Under the pieces are notes generated by a model. That model saw only the letters and a list, made by a program, of their open reading frames with translations, was not told where the DNA came from and did not search any database. A stretch of 36,626 bases of DNA from a virus (Duplodnaviria > Caudoviricetes). Position numbers and translations under genes: made by a program. Positions 25,456 through 35,231 of the stretch are shown here, piece by piece. The stretch lies in the IMG/VR virus record IMGVR_UViG_3300025451_000032, positions 1 through 36,626 of that record; one strand, given 5' to 3'. The first letter of the stretch is position 1, and the number at the start of each line of letters is the position of its first letter.

Positions 25456-25713
25456 ATGAAAAAAGAATACTGGATCATCGACACCGATGCTATTGAGCAG
25501 CACACAAACACCTGTCACGCAACCGGCCCGTACCCTACTCGTAAAGCCGCTGAAGCATTTGCTTTGAATGACATCCGCGATGTCTGGGAGGACTCTTGCA
25601 CTCGCTTGAAGACCGCCACTGAAACCGACTGGTGCGCTCCGTTGCTCATCGTTGAAGTAGTGCGCTCAGTCGTGCCAAAAATCACCGCTAAAATCGAACT
25701 CATTGACGCGTGA
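25456..25713 (+). CDS. Hypothetical protein
   Basis: 85-aa ORF with A-rich start context. Confidence 0.65.
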   Translation: MKKEYWIIDTDAIEQHTNTCHATGPYPTRKAAEAFALNDIRDVWEDSCTRLKTATETDWCAPLLIVEVVRSVVPKITAKIELIDA

Positions 25714-26243
25714 ACAAAGACAACGCACACGACTACCTGCCATTAGTGCAGGCTTTAGCTGACGGGAAGACGATTCAAGTTTTCAATTCGGAAAGATGGC
25801 TAGATACAGACTACATCACCTCAAATAAAAACTCTAATCCAGTCTACTACCGCCTCAAGCCAGAACGCGAGCGCAATGAAGCCCGATCTGAGCTAACATT
25901 TAGACTCGAACGAAACACTGTGCAACAAGTTCAACTATCTGAATTGCAGAAGCAGTTAGCTGAAGTTACAAAAAAATACACGTTATTAAAAAAACTACAT
26001 GATGCTACATCAGTTGACCGTAGAAATAGTGTTAGTGAATCCGCTAGACTTGTTGAGTTGAATCATGAGTTAACCAAAGAGCGCGACATCTGGAAATCTA
26101 GAGCAGACGCTCACCAACAAGACTACGAGCAGATGCTCAGACGTATCGATGTGGTAGCAGCTGAACGTGAAGTCCTACACAAGAATAACGCTAAACTCCT
26201 AACTACCATACAAGAAAATGGACTCGCTGAATATGGAAACTAA
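25710..26243 (+). CDS. Hypothetical protein with long coiled coil
   Basis: GTGA overlap; LVQALADGKTIQ...YRLKP N-terminal domain followed by heptad repeats. Confidence 0.7.
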   Translation: MNKDNAHDYLPLVQALADGKTIQVFNSERWLDTDYITSNKNSNPVYYRLKPERERNEARSELTFRLERNTVQQVQLSELQKQLAEVTKKYTLLKKLHDATSVDRRNSVSESARLVELNHELTKERDIWKSRADAHQQDYEQMLRRIDVVAAEREVLHKNNAKLLTTIQENGLAEYGN

Positions 26244-26343
26244 ATTGATGAAGACCTTTATCAAACTCTGCTACTACCTGCTACAAGCAACCGCTTGCGC
26301 TTTCATCATCGCCAACTGCGCAAAAAACCTACAACTCTGGTAA
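26233..26343 (+). CDS. 36-aa hydrophobic peptide
   Basis: METKLMKTFIKLCYYLLQATACAFIIANCAKNLQLW*; fills the gap before thyX. Confidence 0.45.
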   Translation: METKLMKTFIKLCYYLLQATACAFIIANCAKNLQLW

Positions 26344-26347
26344 ACCA

Positions 26348-27010
26348 ATGAACGCTAAACTAATTTCAATTACTCAGCCTCTTGACACCAGTTTTACACC
26401 AGAGGAATTCATTGTGTACCAAGCTCGTGTCAGTTCCCCACAGAACCAGCACAATCACGACACGGGTCATAAGCTGCTCAGCTATTGCATCAAGCACGGT
26501 CATTGGAGTGTGTTTGATATGGTGGATGTCACGATGGAGATCGCCACGAGCCGTGCTATCATGGCCCAGATCCTTCGGCATTCCTCCTTTAAGTTCCAAG
26601 AGTTCTCCCAGCGATACGCGGAGATCTACGAGTTTGATTGGACTGATCTAGAGATGCGTCAGAAAGCCGAAGGGGGAAACCGACAAGGGTCTGATGGTGT
26701 CAACGAGATGCTGACTCATGATGCCATGAGGATTGTCAGGAATGCTGGCTACGACTATGAGATGATGGTCAAATGCGGCATTGCTCCCGAGTCTGCCCGT
26801 ATGTTGTTACCCTTGGCTACTCCAACGAAGGCATATATGAAGGGCAGCGTGAGATCTTGGATCACCTACTTCTGGCAACGAAGAACTAAGCACGCACAAA
26901 AGGAACACCGCTTGTTAGCTGAGGCTATGTTTAAACAGTTCAAGCCGCACTTCCCAGTGATTTCAGAGTTGATCACCAAGGGTAAAATGGTTTACGTTGA
27001 GAAAGAATAA
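26348..27010 (+). CDS. thyX: Flavin-dependent thymidylate synthase
   Basis: ARVS, HGHWSVFD, QILRHSSFKFQEFSQRY (ThyX motif), ESARMLLP, HAQKEHR. Confidence 0.93.
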   Translation: MNAKLISITQPLDTSFTPEEFIVYQARVSSPQNQHNHDTGHKLLSYCIKHGHWSVFDMVDVTMEIATSRAIMAQILRHSSFKFQEFSQRYAEIYEFDWTDLEMRQKAEGGNRQGSDGVNEMLTHDAMRIVRNAGYDYEMMVKCGIAPESARMLLPLATPTKAYMKGSVRSWITYFWQRRTKHAQKEHRLLAEAMFKQFKPHFPVISELITKGKMVYVEKE

Positions 27011-27015
27011 CGATT

Positions 27016-29451
27016 ATGCACACCACCACAACACAAAAGAATCTTACACAGGAGATGGTAGACATCGGGGTAACTCGTTATCGCAACAGGGTCTCATCAA
27101 TGAAAAACCGAGGAGCCGAAGCAACATCGTCCTATGGTCAACGCTTGATGAGAGAAGCCTGCAAGCCTTTGTTCACAGCTATCGTCGATTGGCAAACGTC
27201 CATCAAGAAGATCCAGAACAAGGCAAAGTTCCAGAAGCACCTTGCAGAATTGTCCAACAAGAACCTTGAGAAGGTTGCCTATCTTACACTTAAGGTTGCC
27301 CTTGATGGACTAACAGAGGTCGTGACGTTTACCTCGTTGTCCTATCGCATCGGAAGAACCATCGAGGATCAACTGATGGCTGACTTCATCGTCAAAGGAA
27401 TGGAAAAGGGAGAAGGGAAAATCCTTGGAGCCAAACGAATGATCGCTCGTGGGCCACAGGCAGTCCGCAAGTTCATGCGTGGCTCCCTTCAATCATCCAT
27501 CCGTGCTGGGGAGATCGACGAGTGGGACGACTGGGCCAAGCGTGACCGCATTACCTGTGGTGCTTACTTGATCCAACTCCTTCACAAGACCACGGGACTC
27601 ATCGACTACAAGATGATCATCCAGCCACGCCGTAAGCAACCAACACGCTTTGTCGTCGCTAGCCAACAAACTCTAGAGTGGGTGAACGAATACAATCTTG
27701 ATCGGGAACTCTTGGAACCCTTCTGGTTGCCGATGTTGGAATGCCCGAAGCCTTGGACAAGCATCTGGTGTGGTGGGTACGACGTGATGGACTCAGCGGT
27801 TCCCTTGTTGCCCTTCATCAAGACTCCAGATCGCAAGTGGCTTCGTGAAAAGCACGACATCCAGAACGTCTACGATGCTGTCAACTACATCCAAGAGACA
27901 CCCTACAAGATCAACGACGATGTGTTGGAGGTGTTCGACTGGGCGTGGGAAAACAACACGATGATTGGGCTGCCAAACAAGGAGAACACACCGTTACCCC
28001 TTCAGCCACCAAAGGGATCGCTTCCCGATGAGGAACAAAAGGAACTCAATCGCTCAATCAAAGAGATCTCCCAGCAGAACAATGCAACCCAGTCGCGTCG
28101 TTTGTTGATTGGAAAGATCCAGTGGTTGGCCCACAAGATGAAAGACGAGCGGATGTTTTTCCCATCCAACGTAGATTTCAGGGGTCGTGTTTATCAAATC
28201 CCGTCGTTCCTGAACTACCAAGGGCCAGACCATTGCCGAGGACTTCTTACATTTCACCGTGGTGTTAAGATCAAAAGCGATGAAGACCTGAAGTGGCTTG
28301 CGATCCACGGGGCAAACTCATTTGGCTACGACAAGGTAACGTACGACAAAAGAATCCAGTGGGCCATGGGGTACACAGCGACCGCCATTAAGATCGCCAA
28401 GGATCCCTTGAGCAACCGTGAGTGGGCCGAAGCGGACAGCCCGTGGCAGTTCCTTGCGTGGTGCAAAGAGTGGGCAGCGTATCACTCAAAGGACTCCAAG
28501 AACTTCCTGAGCCACCTGCCGTGTTCGATGGATGCAACCAACAACGGACTCCAGATCCTTTCTATGTTGGCTCGTGATGAGTTCGGGGCTGAAGCAACAA
28601 ACGTGAAACCCACGGATTCCCCTGCGGACATCTACGCTGTTGTTGCCGATCAAGTACAGGCGGCCTTAGTGAACGATGCAGAACTCAACAAGCCCTTTGC
28701 GTACCACTGGATGAAGTTTGGGATCGACCGCAATGCAACCAAGCGTTCTGTGATGTGTTACAGCTACGGTCTTACAGCTTACAGCAACCGCCAGTACATT
28801 GCAGACTGGTACATGGAGCTGACCAAGAATGGTAAGAACACACCGTTCATCCGAAGCGAACGCTATCACGCTATCCAGTACCTTGCGGATCTTGTTTGGA
28901 ATGCCATCGAGCAAGTCCTGACGAAACCAAAGGAGGTCATGGCATGGTTCCAAGACATCGCAAAGATCACAGCAAGGGACAAGGCGTTCCTTCAGTGGAC
29001 ATCCCCGAGTGGCTTCAAGGTGCGTCAGGATTACAAGAAGACCCAAGCCAAGCGGATCAAAACGTGGCTCAATGGTGAAGGAAAGTACCTTAAGTTCTAC
29101 GATGAGATCGACGCGATGGATGTAAGCCGCCAAAGCAATGGTGCATCACCCAACATCGTCCACTCATTGGATGCTGCGGCACTCCACGAAACCGTCAAGC
29201 GGTGCAAGGAACAGCACAACATCCACGATTTTGCGATGATCCACGACTCCTACGGAACACACTCAACCAACTGTGAAGTAATGGGTAAGGTGTTGCGCGA
29301 GGTGTTTGTGGACATTTTCTCTGAGAATTTCCTTGCTAATTTTAGAGACGAAATTCAGTCTCTGAACCCGAGCGTTGAGCTACCCAGTGTCCCATCACTA
29401 GGAACCCTTGATGTCTCATCCCTACTGAAGTCGGAATACTTCTTCAGCTAA
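27016..29451 (+). CDS. Single-subunit DNA-directed RNA polymerase (T7 gp1-like)
   Basis: DFRGRVY, motif A DATNNGLQ, motif B RNATKRSVMCYSYG, PNIVHSLDA, motif C IHDSYGTH; 811 aa. Confidence 0.97.
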   Translation: MHTTTTQKNLTQEMVDIGVTRYRNRVSSMKNRGAEATSSYGQRLMREACKPLFTAIVDWQTSIKKIQNKAKFQKHLAELSNKNLEKVAYLTLKVALDGLTEVVTFTSLSYRIGRTIEDQLMADFIVKGMEKGEGKILGAKRMIARGPQAVRKFMRGSLQSSIRAGEIDEWDDWAKRDRITCGAYLIQLLHKTTGLIDYKMIIQPRRKQPTRFVVASQQTLEWVNEYNLDRELLEPFWLPMLECPKPWTSIWCGGYDVMDSAVPLLPFIKTPDRKWLREKHDIQNVYDAVNYIQETPYKINDDVLEVFDWAWENNTMIGLPNKENTPLPLQPPKGSLPDEEQKELNRSIKEISQQNNATQSRRLLIGKIQWLAHKMKDERMFFPSNVDFRGRVYQIPSFLNYQGPDHCRGLLTFHRGVKIKSDEDLKWLAIHGANSFGYDKVTYDKRIQWAMGYTATAIKIAKDPLSNREWAEADSPWQFLAWCKEWAAYHSKDSKNFLSHLPCSMDATNNGLQILSMLARDEFGAEATNVKPTDSPADIYAVVADQVQAALVNDAELNKPFAYHWMKFGIDRNATKRSVMCYSYGLTAYSNRQYIADWYMELTKNGKNTPFIRSERYHAIQYLADLVWNAIEQVLTKPKEVMAWFQDIAKITARDKAFLQWTSPSGFKVRQDYKKTQAKRIKTWLNGEGKYLKFYDEIDAMDVSRQSNGASPNIVHSLDAAALHETVKRCKEQHNIHDFAMIHDSYGTHSTNCEVMGKVLREVFVDIFSENFLANFRDEIQSLNPSVELPSVPSLGTLDVSSLLKSEYFFS

Positions 29452-29480
29452 CAAAATAAAAATAAACTAATACTACTACA

Positions 29481-30080
29481 ATGACACTGACTACACCTAA
29501 AGGCAAAGCCATCTATCCACGACTCAACGAACCTGATACCAAGTTCAATGTCGATGGAGTCTACTCCGCAAAGATCCACGTTAGCGAAAGCGACTACAAC
29601 GGATTCAAAGGTCAACTTGACAAGTGGTTCGCTGGTGAATACCAACGTCTCTGCCAAGAGAATGGAAACAAGAAGCTTCGCATGGCCTTGAGTTCCCCTC
29701 TTAGCATTACACCCGAAGGAGACTTCCAAATCTATGCAAAGCAAGTTGCTAAGAAGCAAACAAAGAAAGGCGAGCTTACGTTCACTATCGCGCTGTTTGA
29801 CTCAAAAGGAGCGAAGATCACTGATGGCCCTAGCGTTGGCTCAGGATCAGTTCTTAAGTTGGCGGTTGAACCCGCAGCTTGGTATTCCCCAACGGTGGGA
29901 GCAGGGTACACCTTGCGACTCAAGGCTGCACAGGTGATTGAACTCTGTGAATTTGGAGGTGGTTCTGGAGGTGATAACTTCGGGTTTTCCTCAGAAGAAG
30001 AAGGCTACGTCAGTAACGGCGAAAGCTTCAACAGCGCGTTCAAGGACGACACCGACGATAATGATTCGGTTCCGTTCTAA
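29481..30080 (+). CDS. Single-stranded DNA-binding protein (T7 gp2.5-like)
   Basis: TTPKG..YP.L..PDTKF, GYTLRLKAAQVIEL, acidic tail ending in F. Confidence 0.92.
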   Translation: MTLTTPKGKAIYPRLNEPDTKFNVDGVYSAKIHVSESDYNGFKGQLDKWFAGEYQRLCQENGNKKLRMALSSPLSITPEGDFQIYAKQVAKKQTKKGELTFTIALFDSKGAKITDGPSVGSGSVLKLAVEPAAWYSPTVGAGYTLRLKAAQVIELCEFGGGSGGDNFGFSSEEEGYVSNGESFNSAFKDDTDDNDSVPF

Positions 30081-30414
30081 CTTTGAAAAAACCATAGCCC
30101 TCTCCCTTGAACGGGAGGGGGTTCCCTTCGGATACGAGACTACCCACCTCAAATATCTGAAGGAACATACCTATACCCCTGACTTCATTCTCGGCAACGG
30201 GATAATCATTGAGGCAAAGGGAAGATTCATGGCAAGCGATAGGACAAAGCATCTGCTAGTCCGCAAGTACAACCCAGAGTTGGACATCCGCTTTTTGTTT
30301 ATGAATGCAAAGAACCGCTTGTCCACCAAGTCTCGTACTACTTATGCCCAATGGTGTGAGAAATACGGATTCCAGTGGGCAGAAAAAACACTACCAAAAG
30401 AATGGCTTTTGTAA
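30061..30414 (+). CDS. Endonuclease I / Holliday junction resolvase (T7 gp3-like)
   Basis: FRSNFE, YTPDF, IIEAKGRF, DIRFLF, TYAQWCEKYGF; start placed at ATG 30061. Confidence 0.94.
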   Translation: MIRFRSNFEKTIALSLEREGVPFGYETTHLKYLKEHTYTPDFILGNGIIIEAKGRFMASDRTKHLLVRKYNPELDIRFLFMNAKNRLSTKSRTTYAQWCEKYGFQWAEKTLPKEWLL

Positions 30415-32015
30415 GAACACACATACCCTGCTCCTCCTGTGGCAGTTCAAATGCCGCTTCAGAAAATGACGATGGATCAGTCTATTGCTTCTCCTGTGGA
30501 GAGCTGGATTTTTCCAACAAAGAAAATACACACACAATGACGAGTAACACACCAACAACAAACGGAGGATTCCTTACTGGGAAAGTCCTACCACTAGACG
30601 CTAGACACATTAACGCTGAGACCTGCCAGAAGTTTGGCTACAAGGTTGGAAAGCAGTACGAGAAGGTTTGCCACATCGCGGAGTATCGAGACCTTGAGGG
30701 AAACCTGATGGCCCAGAAGCTACGCTTTGAGGATAAGAGCTTCTCAACTATCGGCGTACCTTCCACATTCTTTGGTCAACACCTGTGGCCCAATGGTGGC
30801 CGCAAGGTCGTAGTAACTGAGGGAGAGATTGATGCCCTTAGTTTGTCTCAGGTCTTCGGAAACAAGTGGCCCGTGGTATCCCTCCCTACTGGTGCGGCTG
30901 CTGCCAAGAACGCCTTCAAGAAAAACCTTGAGTGGCTACAGAAGTTTGACGAGGTGATCCTTATGTTCGATGAAGATGCTGCTGGCCGCAAAGCCGTGGA
31001 ACAAGTCTCGTCGATCCTTCCTGTAGGGAAATGCAAGGTAGCTCGCCTTCCTCTCAAGGATGCCAACGAGATGTTGATGCAGGGTAAAACAGAGGAGCTA
31101 GTGAATGCCTTTTGGCAAGCTAAGATCTGGAGACCCGACGACATTGTTGAAGGAAGTGAAGTGTATGATCGACTACTTAACCCAAAGAATGCCGAAAGCA
31201 TTCCATATCCATTTCAAGGACTTAATGAAAAAACTAGAGGAATTCGTAAAGGTGAAATCGTCACCGTTTGTGCGGGAAGTGGTATCGGTAAATCCCAAAT
31301 TTGTCGTGTCATTGCTCATAATCTTGTCCGCAATACTGATAAGCGTATTGGGTACATTGCCCTTGAAGAATCTATTGAGCGCACTGCTAGTGGGATTGTG
31401 GGGTTGGAACTTGGTTGTCTCTTACATCTTGCGGGAGAGATAAAAGAAACAGAGAATCTCAAGAAAGCATTCGATGCTACCGTAGGATCTGGGAGGTTCT
31501 TCCTGTATGACCACTGGGGTTCCTTGGAATCCGATAACCTCCTTGGGCACATCCGCTACATGGCGAAAGCCTTGGATGTTGATTACATTGTGTTGGATCA
31601 CCTTTCCATTGTTGTCTCAGGACTTGGAGATGGCGATGAGCGTCGAATGATTGACAACACCATGACCAAGCTCCGCTCACTTGTGGAGGAATGCAATATA
31701 GGCATGATCGTTGTGAGTCACCTCAAGAGACCAGAAGGCAAGGGTCACGAGGATGGCGCCGTAACGTCTCTGGCTCACCTTCGCGGTTCTGCCGCTATCG
31801 CCCAGTTATCCGACATTGTGTTGGGCCTTGAGAGAAACCAGCAGGATCCGACGAATCGTAATGTGACAGCATTGCGAGTTCTAAAGAATCGGTTTACAGG
31901 TGACACAGGACTCTGCTGCCATCTTCAGTACGATAAGGACACAGGACGTATGGAAGAAACAATCCTTGAAGATAATACTTCAGCGGATGACAATGATGAA
32001 GCTAACCCATTCTAA
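30402..32015 (+). CDS. Primase-helicase (T7 gp4-like)
   Basis: Cys4 zinc ribbon CSSC/CFSC, TOPRIM TEGEIDALS and MFDED, Walker A AGSGIGKS, LDHLSI, LRGS; start placed at ATG 30402. Confidence 0.96.
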   Translation: MAFVRTHIPCSSCGSSNAASENDDGSVYCFSCGELDFSNKENTHTMTSNTPTTNGGFLTGKVLPLDARHINAETCQKFGYKVGKQYEKVCHIAEYRDLEGNLMAQKLRFEDKSFSTIGVPSTFFGQHLWPNGGRKVVVTEGEIDALSLSQVFGNKWPVVSLPTGAAAAKNAFKKNLEWLQKFDEVILMFDEDAAGRKAVEQVSSILPVGKCKVARLPLKDANEMLMQGKTEELVNAFWQAKIWRPDDIVEGSEVYDRLLNPKNAESIPYPFQGLNEKTRGIRKGEIVTVCAGSGIGKSQICRVIAHNLVRNTDKRIGYIALEESIERTASGIVGLELGCLLHLAGEIKETENLKKAFDATVGSGRFFLYDHWGSLESDNLLGHIRYMAKALDVDYIVLDHLSIVVSGLGDGDERRMIDNTMTKLRSLVEECNIGMIVVSHLKRPEGKGHEDGAVTSLAHLRGSAAIAQLSDIVLGLERNQQDPTNRNVTALRVLKNRFTGDTGLCCHLQYDKDTGRMEETILEDNTSADDNDEANPF

Positions 32016-32019
32016 CTTT

Positions 32020-33864
32020 ATGAAACTTTTATTTTTTGATATTGAAACAAACGGCATCGACCATTGGCAAACCAAGAAGGGTCTAGCGGATCTTCACTGT
32101 CTTTCCATCTTGAATCCAGAGACAGATGAGATGCGCTCATTCAGCTCAAGTGCATTGGATATTCAAGAGGGACTAGATCTGTTGGCATCCGCTGATTACA
32201 TCTGTGGTCACAACTCAATCAAATTTGATGCGCCATGTCTTGAGAAGCTCTTTGGATTTACCCATCCTAACGTACTAGATACCTTGGTGATGGCGATGTG
32301 TATCCATCCAGATGCTAAGAACGATGACTACAACCGTGAAGGATTCCCCAAGGATCTTATCGGAAGGAACTCATTGAAAGCTTGGGGTTATCGCATTGGT
32401 GAATACAAGGGAACCTTTGGGGAGACAACTAACTGGTCTACTTGGTCACAAGAGATGCAGGACTACTGTGAGCAGGATGTACGAGTAACTAGCAAGTTGT
32501 TCTACCATCTCACAAAGAATCACCCATCGCGTCAGATGCTATTCTTAGAGCATTCCTTTGCGAAGCTTATGGCTATTCAAGAGAACAACGGATGGCCGTT
32601 CAACATGAAGAAGGCTGAAGAACTCACGGCATTACTTATGGGATCTCGTGGTAAACTTCAAGCCCAACTGCAGCAAGCCTTCCCCCCAACAGTTGAAGAG
32701 ATGAAGTCATCGATGGGTTGGACTGTGGGAACAATACAGGGAACACTAAGCGCGCCAACAAAGAAGGAACTGGGAATTCTTATTAAAGCTGAGGGATATA
32801 ACACATCTGCAGTTGCAGCCTTATTAAAGGGATCTACCAAAATGGATAATAAGAAAAAGGAAGTACTATTCAATCCAAACTCCCGTGACCAGATCTCTGA
32901 ACGCTTGATGGCCCTTGGATGGAAACCCACAGCATTTGAAGGGAAGCGTCCCGCCATCAACGAAGCAGTGCTACGTGAAGTTGGATTACCCGAAGCAGAT
33001 CTCCTGTGTGAATACCTGCTGCTAGCAAAGCGTCTCGCTCAGGTTGCTGAGGGGAAACAAGCTTGGCTAACACTGGCACTTGAGGGACGCATCCACGGTG
33101 AGGTTGTCACTAATGGAGCTGTGAGTGGCCGCTGTACGCACCGTAATCCCAATGTGGCCCAAGTGCCAGCAGGTCGCGCTCCATTCGGTCACGAGTGCCG
33201 TGCTTGCTTTGAAGCCCCAAAGGGGAAAGTCCTTGTCGGTGCTGATGCTGCTGGTCTTGAGCTTCGGTGTCTTGCCCACTATCTTTACCAGTGGGACAAG
33301 GGAGCATACGCGAAGACGATTGTTGAAGGAGACATCCACACAGCAAACCAAAAGGCGGCAGGACTTGATACACGAGATCAAGCTAAGACGTTCATCTATG
33401 CGTTCCTGTACGGTGCTGGAGATGCTAAGATTGGTTCCATTGTCGGTGGATCATCACGCGAAGGTAAGAAGCTCAAGGCTGACTTCATGCGTAGGATTCC
33501 AGCTATCGGTAAACTCAATGAGGTTGTTCAACAACACGTTACAAAAAGTAACACCTTGAAGGGTCTTGATGGTCGTATCCTTCCATGTCGTTCACCTCAC
33601 AGTGCGCTCAATCTTTTGCTGCAATCTGCTGGTGCGGTTCTGATGAAGAAGGCTCTTGTTGAATTCAGCAAGCAAGCACGCAAGCCCTATGAACTTCATG
33701 GAAATATTCACGATGAAGTACAATTCTCTTGTCTTCCTGAGGATGCTGAAGAACTTGGTAACACGTTTATTCGTTCATTGAAAAATGCTGGAACGCTTTT
33801 GAATTTCAAGTGTCCTGTAGATGGAGAATTTAAAGTAGGAAATAACTGGTCAGAAACACACTAA
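32020..33864 (+). CDS. DNA polymerase, family A (T7 gp5-like)
   Basis: Exo I FDIET, Exo II HNSIKFD, Exo III YCEQD, motif A DAAGLELR, motif B RDQAKTFIYAFLYG, motif C IHDE; start placed at ATG 32020. Confidence 0.96.
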   Translation: MKLLFFDIETNGIDHWQTKKGLADLHCLSILNPETDEMRSFSSSALDIQEGLDLLASADYICGHNSIKFDAPCLEKLFGFTHPNVLDTLVMAMCIHPDAKNDDYNREGFPKDLIGRNSLKAWGYRIGEYKGTFGETTNWSTWSQEMQDYCEQDVRVTSKLFYHLTKNHPSRQMLFLEHSFAKLMAIQENNGWPFNMKKAEELTALLMGSRGKLQAQLQQAFPPTVEEMKSSMGWTVGTIQGTLSAPTKKELGILIKAEGYNTSAVAALLKGSTKMDNKKKEVLFNPNSRDQISERLMALGWKPTAFEGKRPAINEAVLREVGLPEADLLCEYLLLAKRLAQVAEGKQAWLTLALEGRIHGEVVTNGAVSGRCTHRNPNVAQVPAGRAPFGHECRACFEAPKGKVLVGADAAGLELRCLAHYLYQWDKGAYAKTIVEGDIHTANQKAAGLDTRDQAKTFIYAFLYGAGDAKIGSIVGGSSREGKKLKADFMRRIPAIGKLNEVVQQHVTKSNTLKGLDGRILPCRSPHSALNLLLQSAGAVLMKKALVEFSKQARKPYELHGNIHDEVQFSCLPEDAEELGNTFIRSLKNAGTLLNFKCPVDGEFKVGNNWSETH

Positions 33865-33876
33865 TACAAAAATACT

Positions 33877-34605
33877 ATGAAAGCACTTATTGATGGGGAC
33901 ATGATTCTTTACCGCTCATGCTTCTCAGCAGAAACAGAAATCCGTTGGGATGATGATATTTTCACAGTCCATAGCGACTTCAGTGATCTAAAGAAATCAT
34001 TTGTTGGATTGATCGATTACATCCAAGAGGAACTTAATGCGTCAGAAATCATCGTATCGTTCTCTGACAGGCTGACCTTCCGACATTCGATGTACCCCCT
34101 GTACAAGGCGCAACGCCAAGGCAAGAGGTCACCACTGGGGATCAATGATCTCCGTGAGTGGGTATGTGATAACTACAAGATCGCCTTCTGGGAAAACCTA
34201 GAAGCTGATGATGTTCTTGGGATCATGGGTTCCATGGATCAAGAAGGTTCAATCATTGTCAGTGCCGATAAAGACTTTGAGACTGTCCCTTGCCAGTGGT
34301 TCAACTTCCTTAAGGGAGAACTTAAAACGATTACCCCCGAACACGCTCGTAGATTCCACCTCATGCAAACGATCATGGGTGACTCTACTGACAACTACTT
34401 TGGCATTAAAGGCGTAGGCCCAAAGACCGCTGAGAAGATGCTGGAGAAAGACGGATACACATGGGATACCGTTTTGAAAGCCTATGAAAAAGCTGGAATG
34501 ACAGAAGATGATGCGCTAATGAATGCCCGTCTTGCTTACATTCTTCAACATCAAGACGTAGATCATAAAACTAAAACAATCAAAAACCTATGGACACCAA
34601 CCTAA
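33877..34605 (+). CDS. 5'-3' exonuclease (T7 gp6-like)
   Basis: LIDGD, YKAQR, LEADDVLG, SADKD, GDSTDNYFGIKGVGPKTA. Confidence 0.93.
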   Translation: MKALIDGDMILYRSCFSAETEIRWDDDIFTVHSDFSDLKKSFVGLIDYIQEELNASEIIVSFSDRLTFRHSMYPLYKAQRQGKRSPLGINDLREWVCDNYKIAFWENLEADDVLGIMGSMDQEGSIIVSADKDFETVPCQWFNFLKGELKTITPEHARRFHLMQTIMGDSTDNYFGIKGVGPKTAEKMLEKDGYTWDTVLKAYEKAGMTEDDALMNARLAYILQHQDVDHKTKTIKNLWTPT

Positions 34606-35018
34606 CCGAAGCAGCAGCAGCCTATTTTAAAGGATTCACCTACGATCCAAGTATGTTCACACACATTACAACTAATGCTCCTCTTCCAGACTCTGGAGAA
34701 CGCTCAGAGTTCAACACAGGAGCAGTACGAGACGCATCAAAAGGCAAAGGGATTCCTTCGGCAATTCCTGTACGGGCCTTGATGAAGGTCGCAAGACGCT
34801 TTGAGGATGGCGCAGCGAAGTACAACCGTGATAACTGGAAAAAAGGGATTCCTTTGAGTCGCTATGTTGATAGCCTCTATCGTCATCTGTGGGCATTCAT
34901 GGACAACGACGATACTGAGGATCACCTTGGAGCCATCATCTGGAACGCGATGTGCCTTAGTGAGACAATGGATATGATTGCAGATGGTGATCTTTCAATC
35001 GAACTTGAAGACATCTGA
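34590..35018 (+). CDS. DUF5664-like dATP/dGTP diphosphohydrolase-domain protein
   Basis: FNTGAVRD..KG, GAAKY..DNWKKG, SLYRHL, EDHLGAIIWNA. Confidence 0.75.
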   Translation: MDTNLTEAAAAYFKGFTYDPSMFTHITTNAPLPDSGERSEFNTGAVRDASKGKGIPSAIPVRALMKVARRFEDGAAKYNRDNWKKGIPLSRYVDSLYRHLWAFMDNDDTEDHLGAIIWNAMCLSETMDMIADGDLSIELEDI

Positions 35019-35032
35019 CGCACTATTAGGAA
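35016..35032 (+). promoter_or_regulatory. Putative phage-RNAP late promoter (phi6.5 position)
   Basis: TGACGCACTATTAGGAA at the replication/structural boundary; 15/17 identical to 20667-20683. Confidence 0.6.
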
Positions 35033-35038
35033 CCTCCT

Positions 35039-35227
35039 ATGAATAACTTCAAAGATTTCCCATCAATCTCCACGCGTTTCATTGAAGCACTTGAGGATCG
35101 GTTTCCACCAAAAGACTTCACGCCAAGCGATACTTGCAGGGATATTGACTACTACTGCGGTGCGCGGAGTGTCATAAGATTTCTTCAGCAAACCTATGAA
35201 GAACAAAACGAAAATATCCTAAATTAA
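35039..35227 (+). CDS. Small conserved protein (T7 gp6.5 position)
   Basis: FP.I...IEALEDRFP...GARSVIRFL pattern; synteny. Confidence 0.7.
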   Translation: MNNFKDFPSISTRFIEALEDRFPPKDFTPSDTCRDIDYYCGARSVIRFLQQTYEEQNENILN

Positions 35228-35231
35228 AAAT

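Noticed and set aside
29938-32020. Long N-terminal extensions in the track for endonuclease (29938), primase (30375) and polymerase (31900)
   Set aside because: They overlap upstream genes; family motifs begin at ATG 30061, 30402 and 32020. The same logic applies to 7993, 22577 and 22915.
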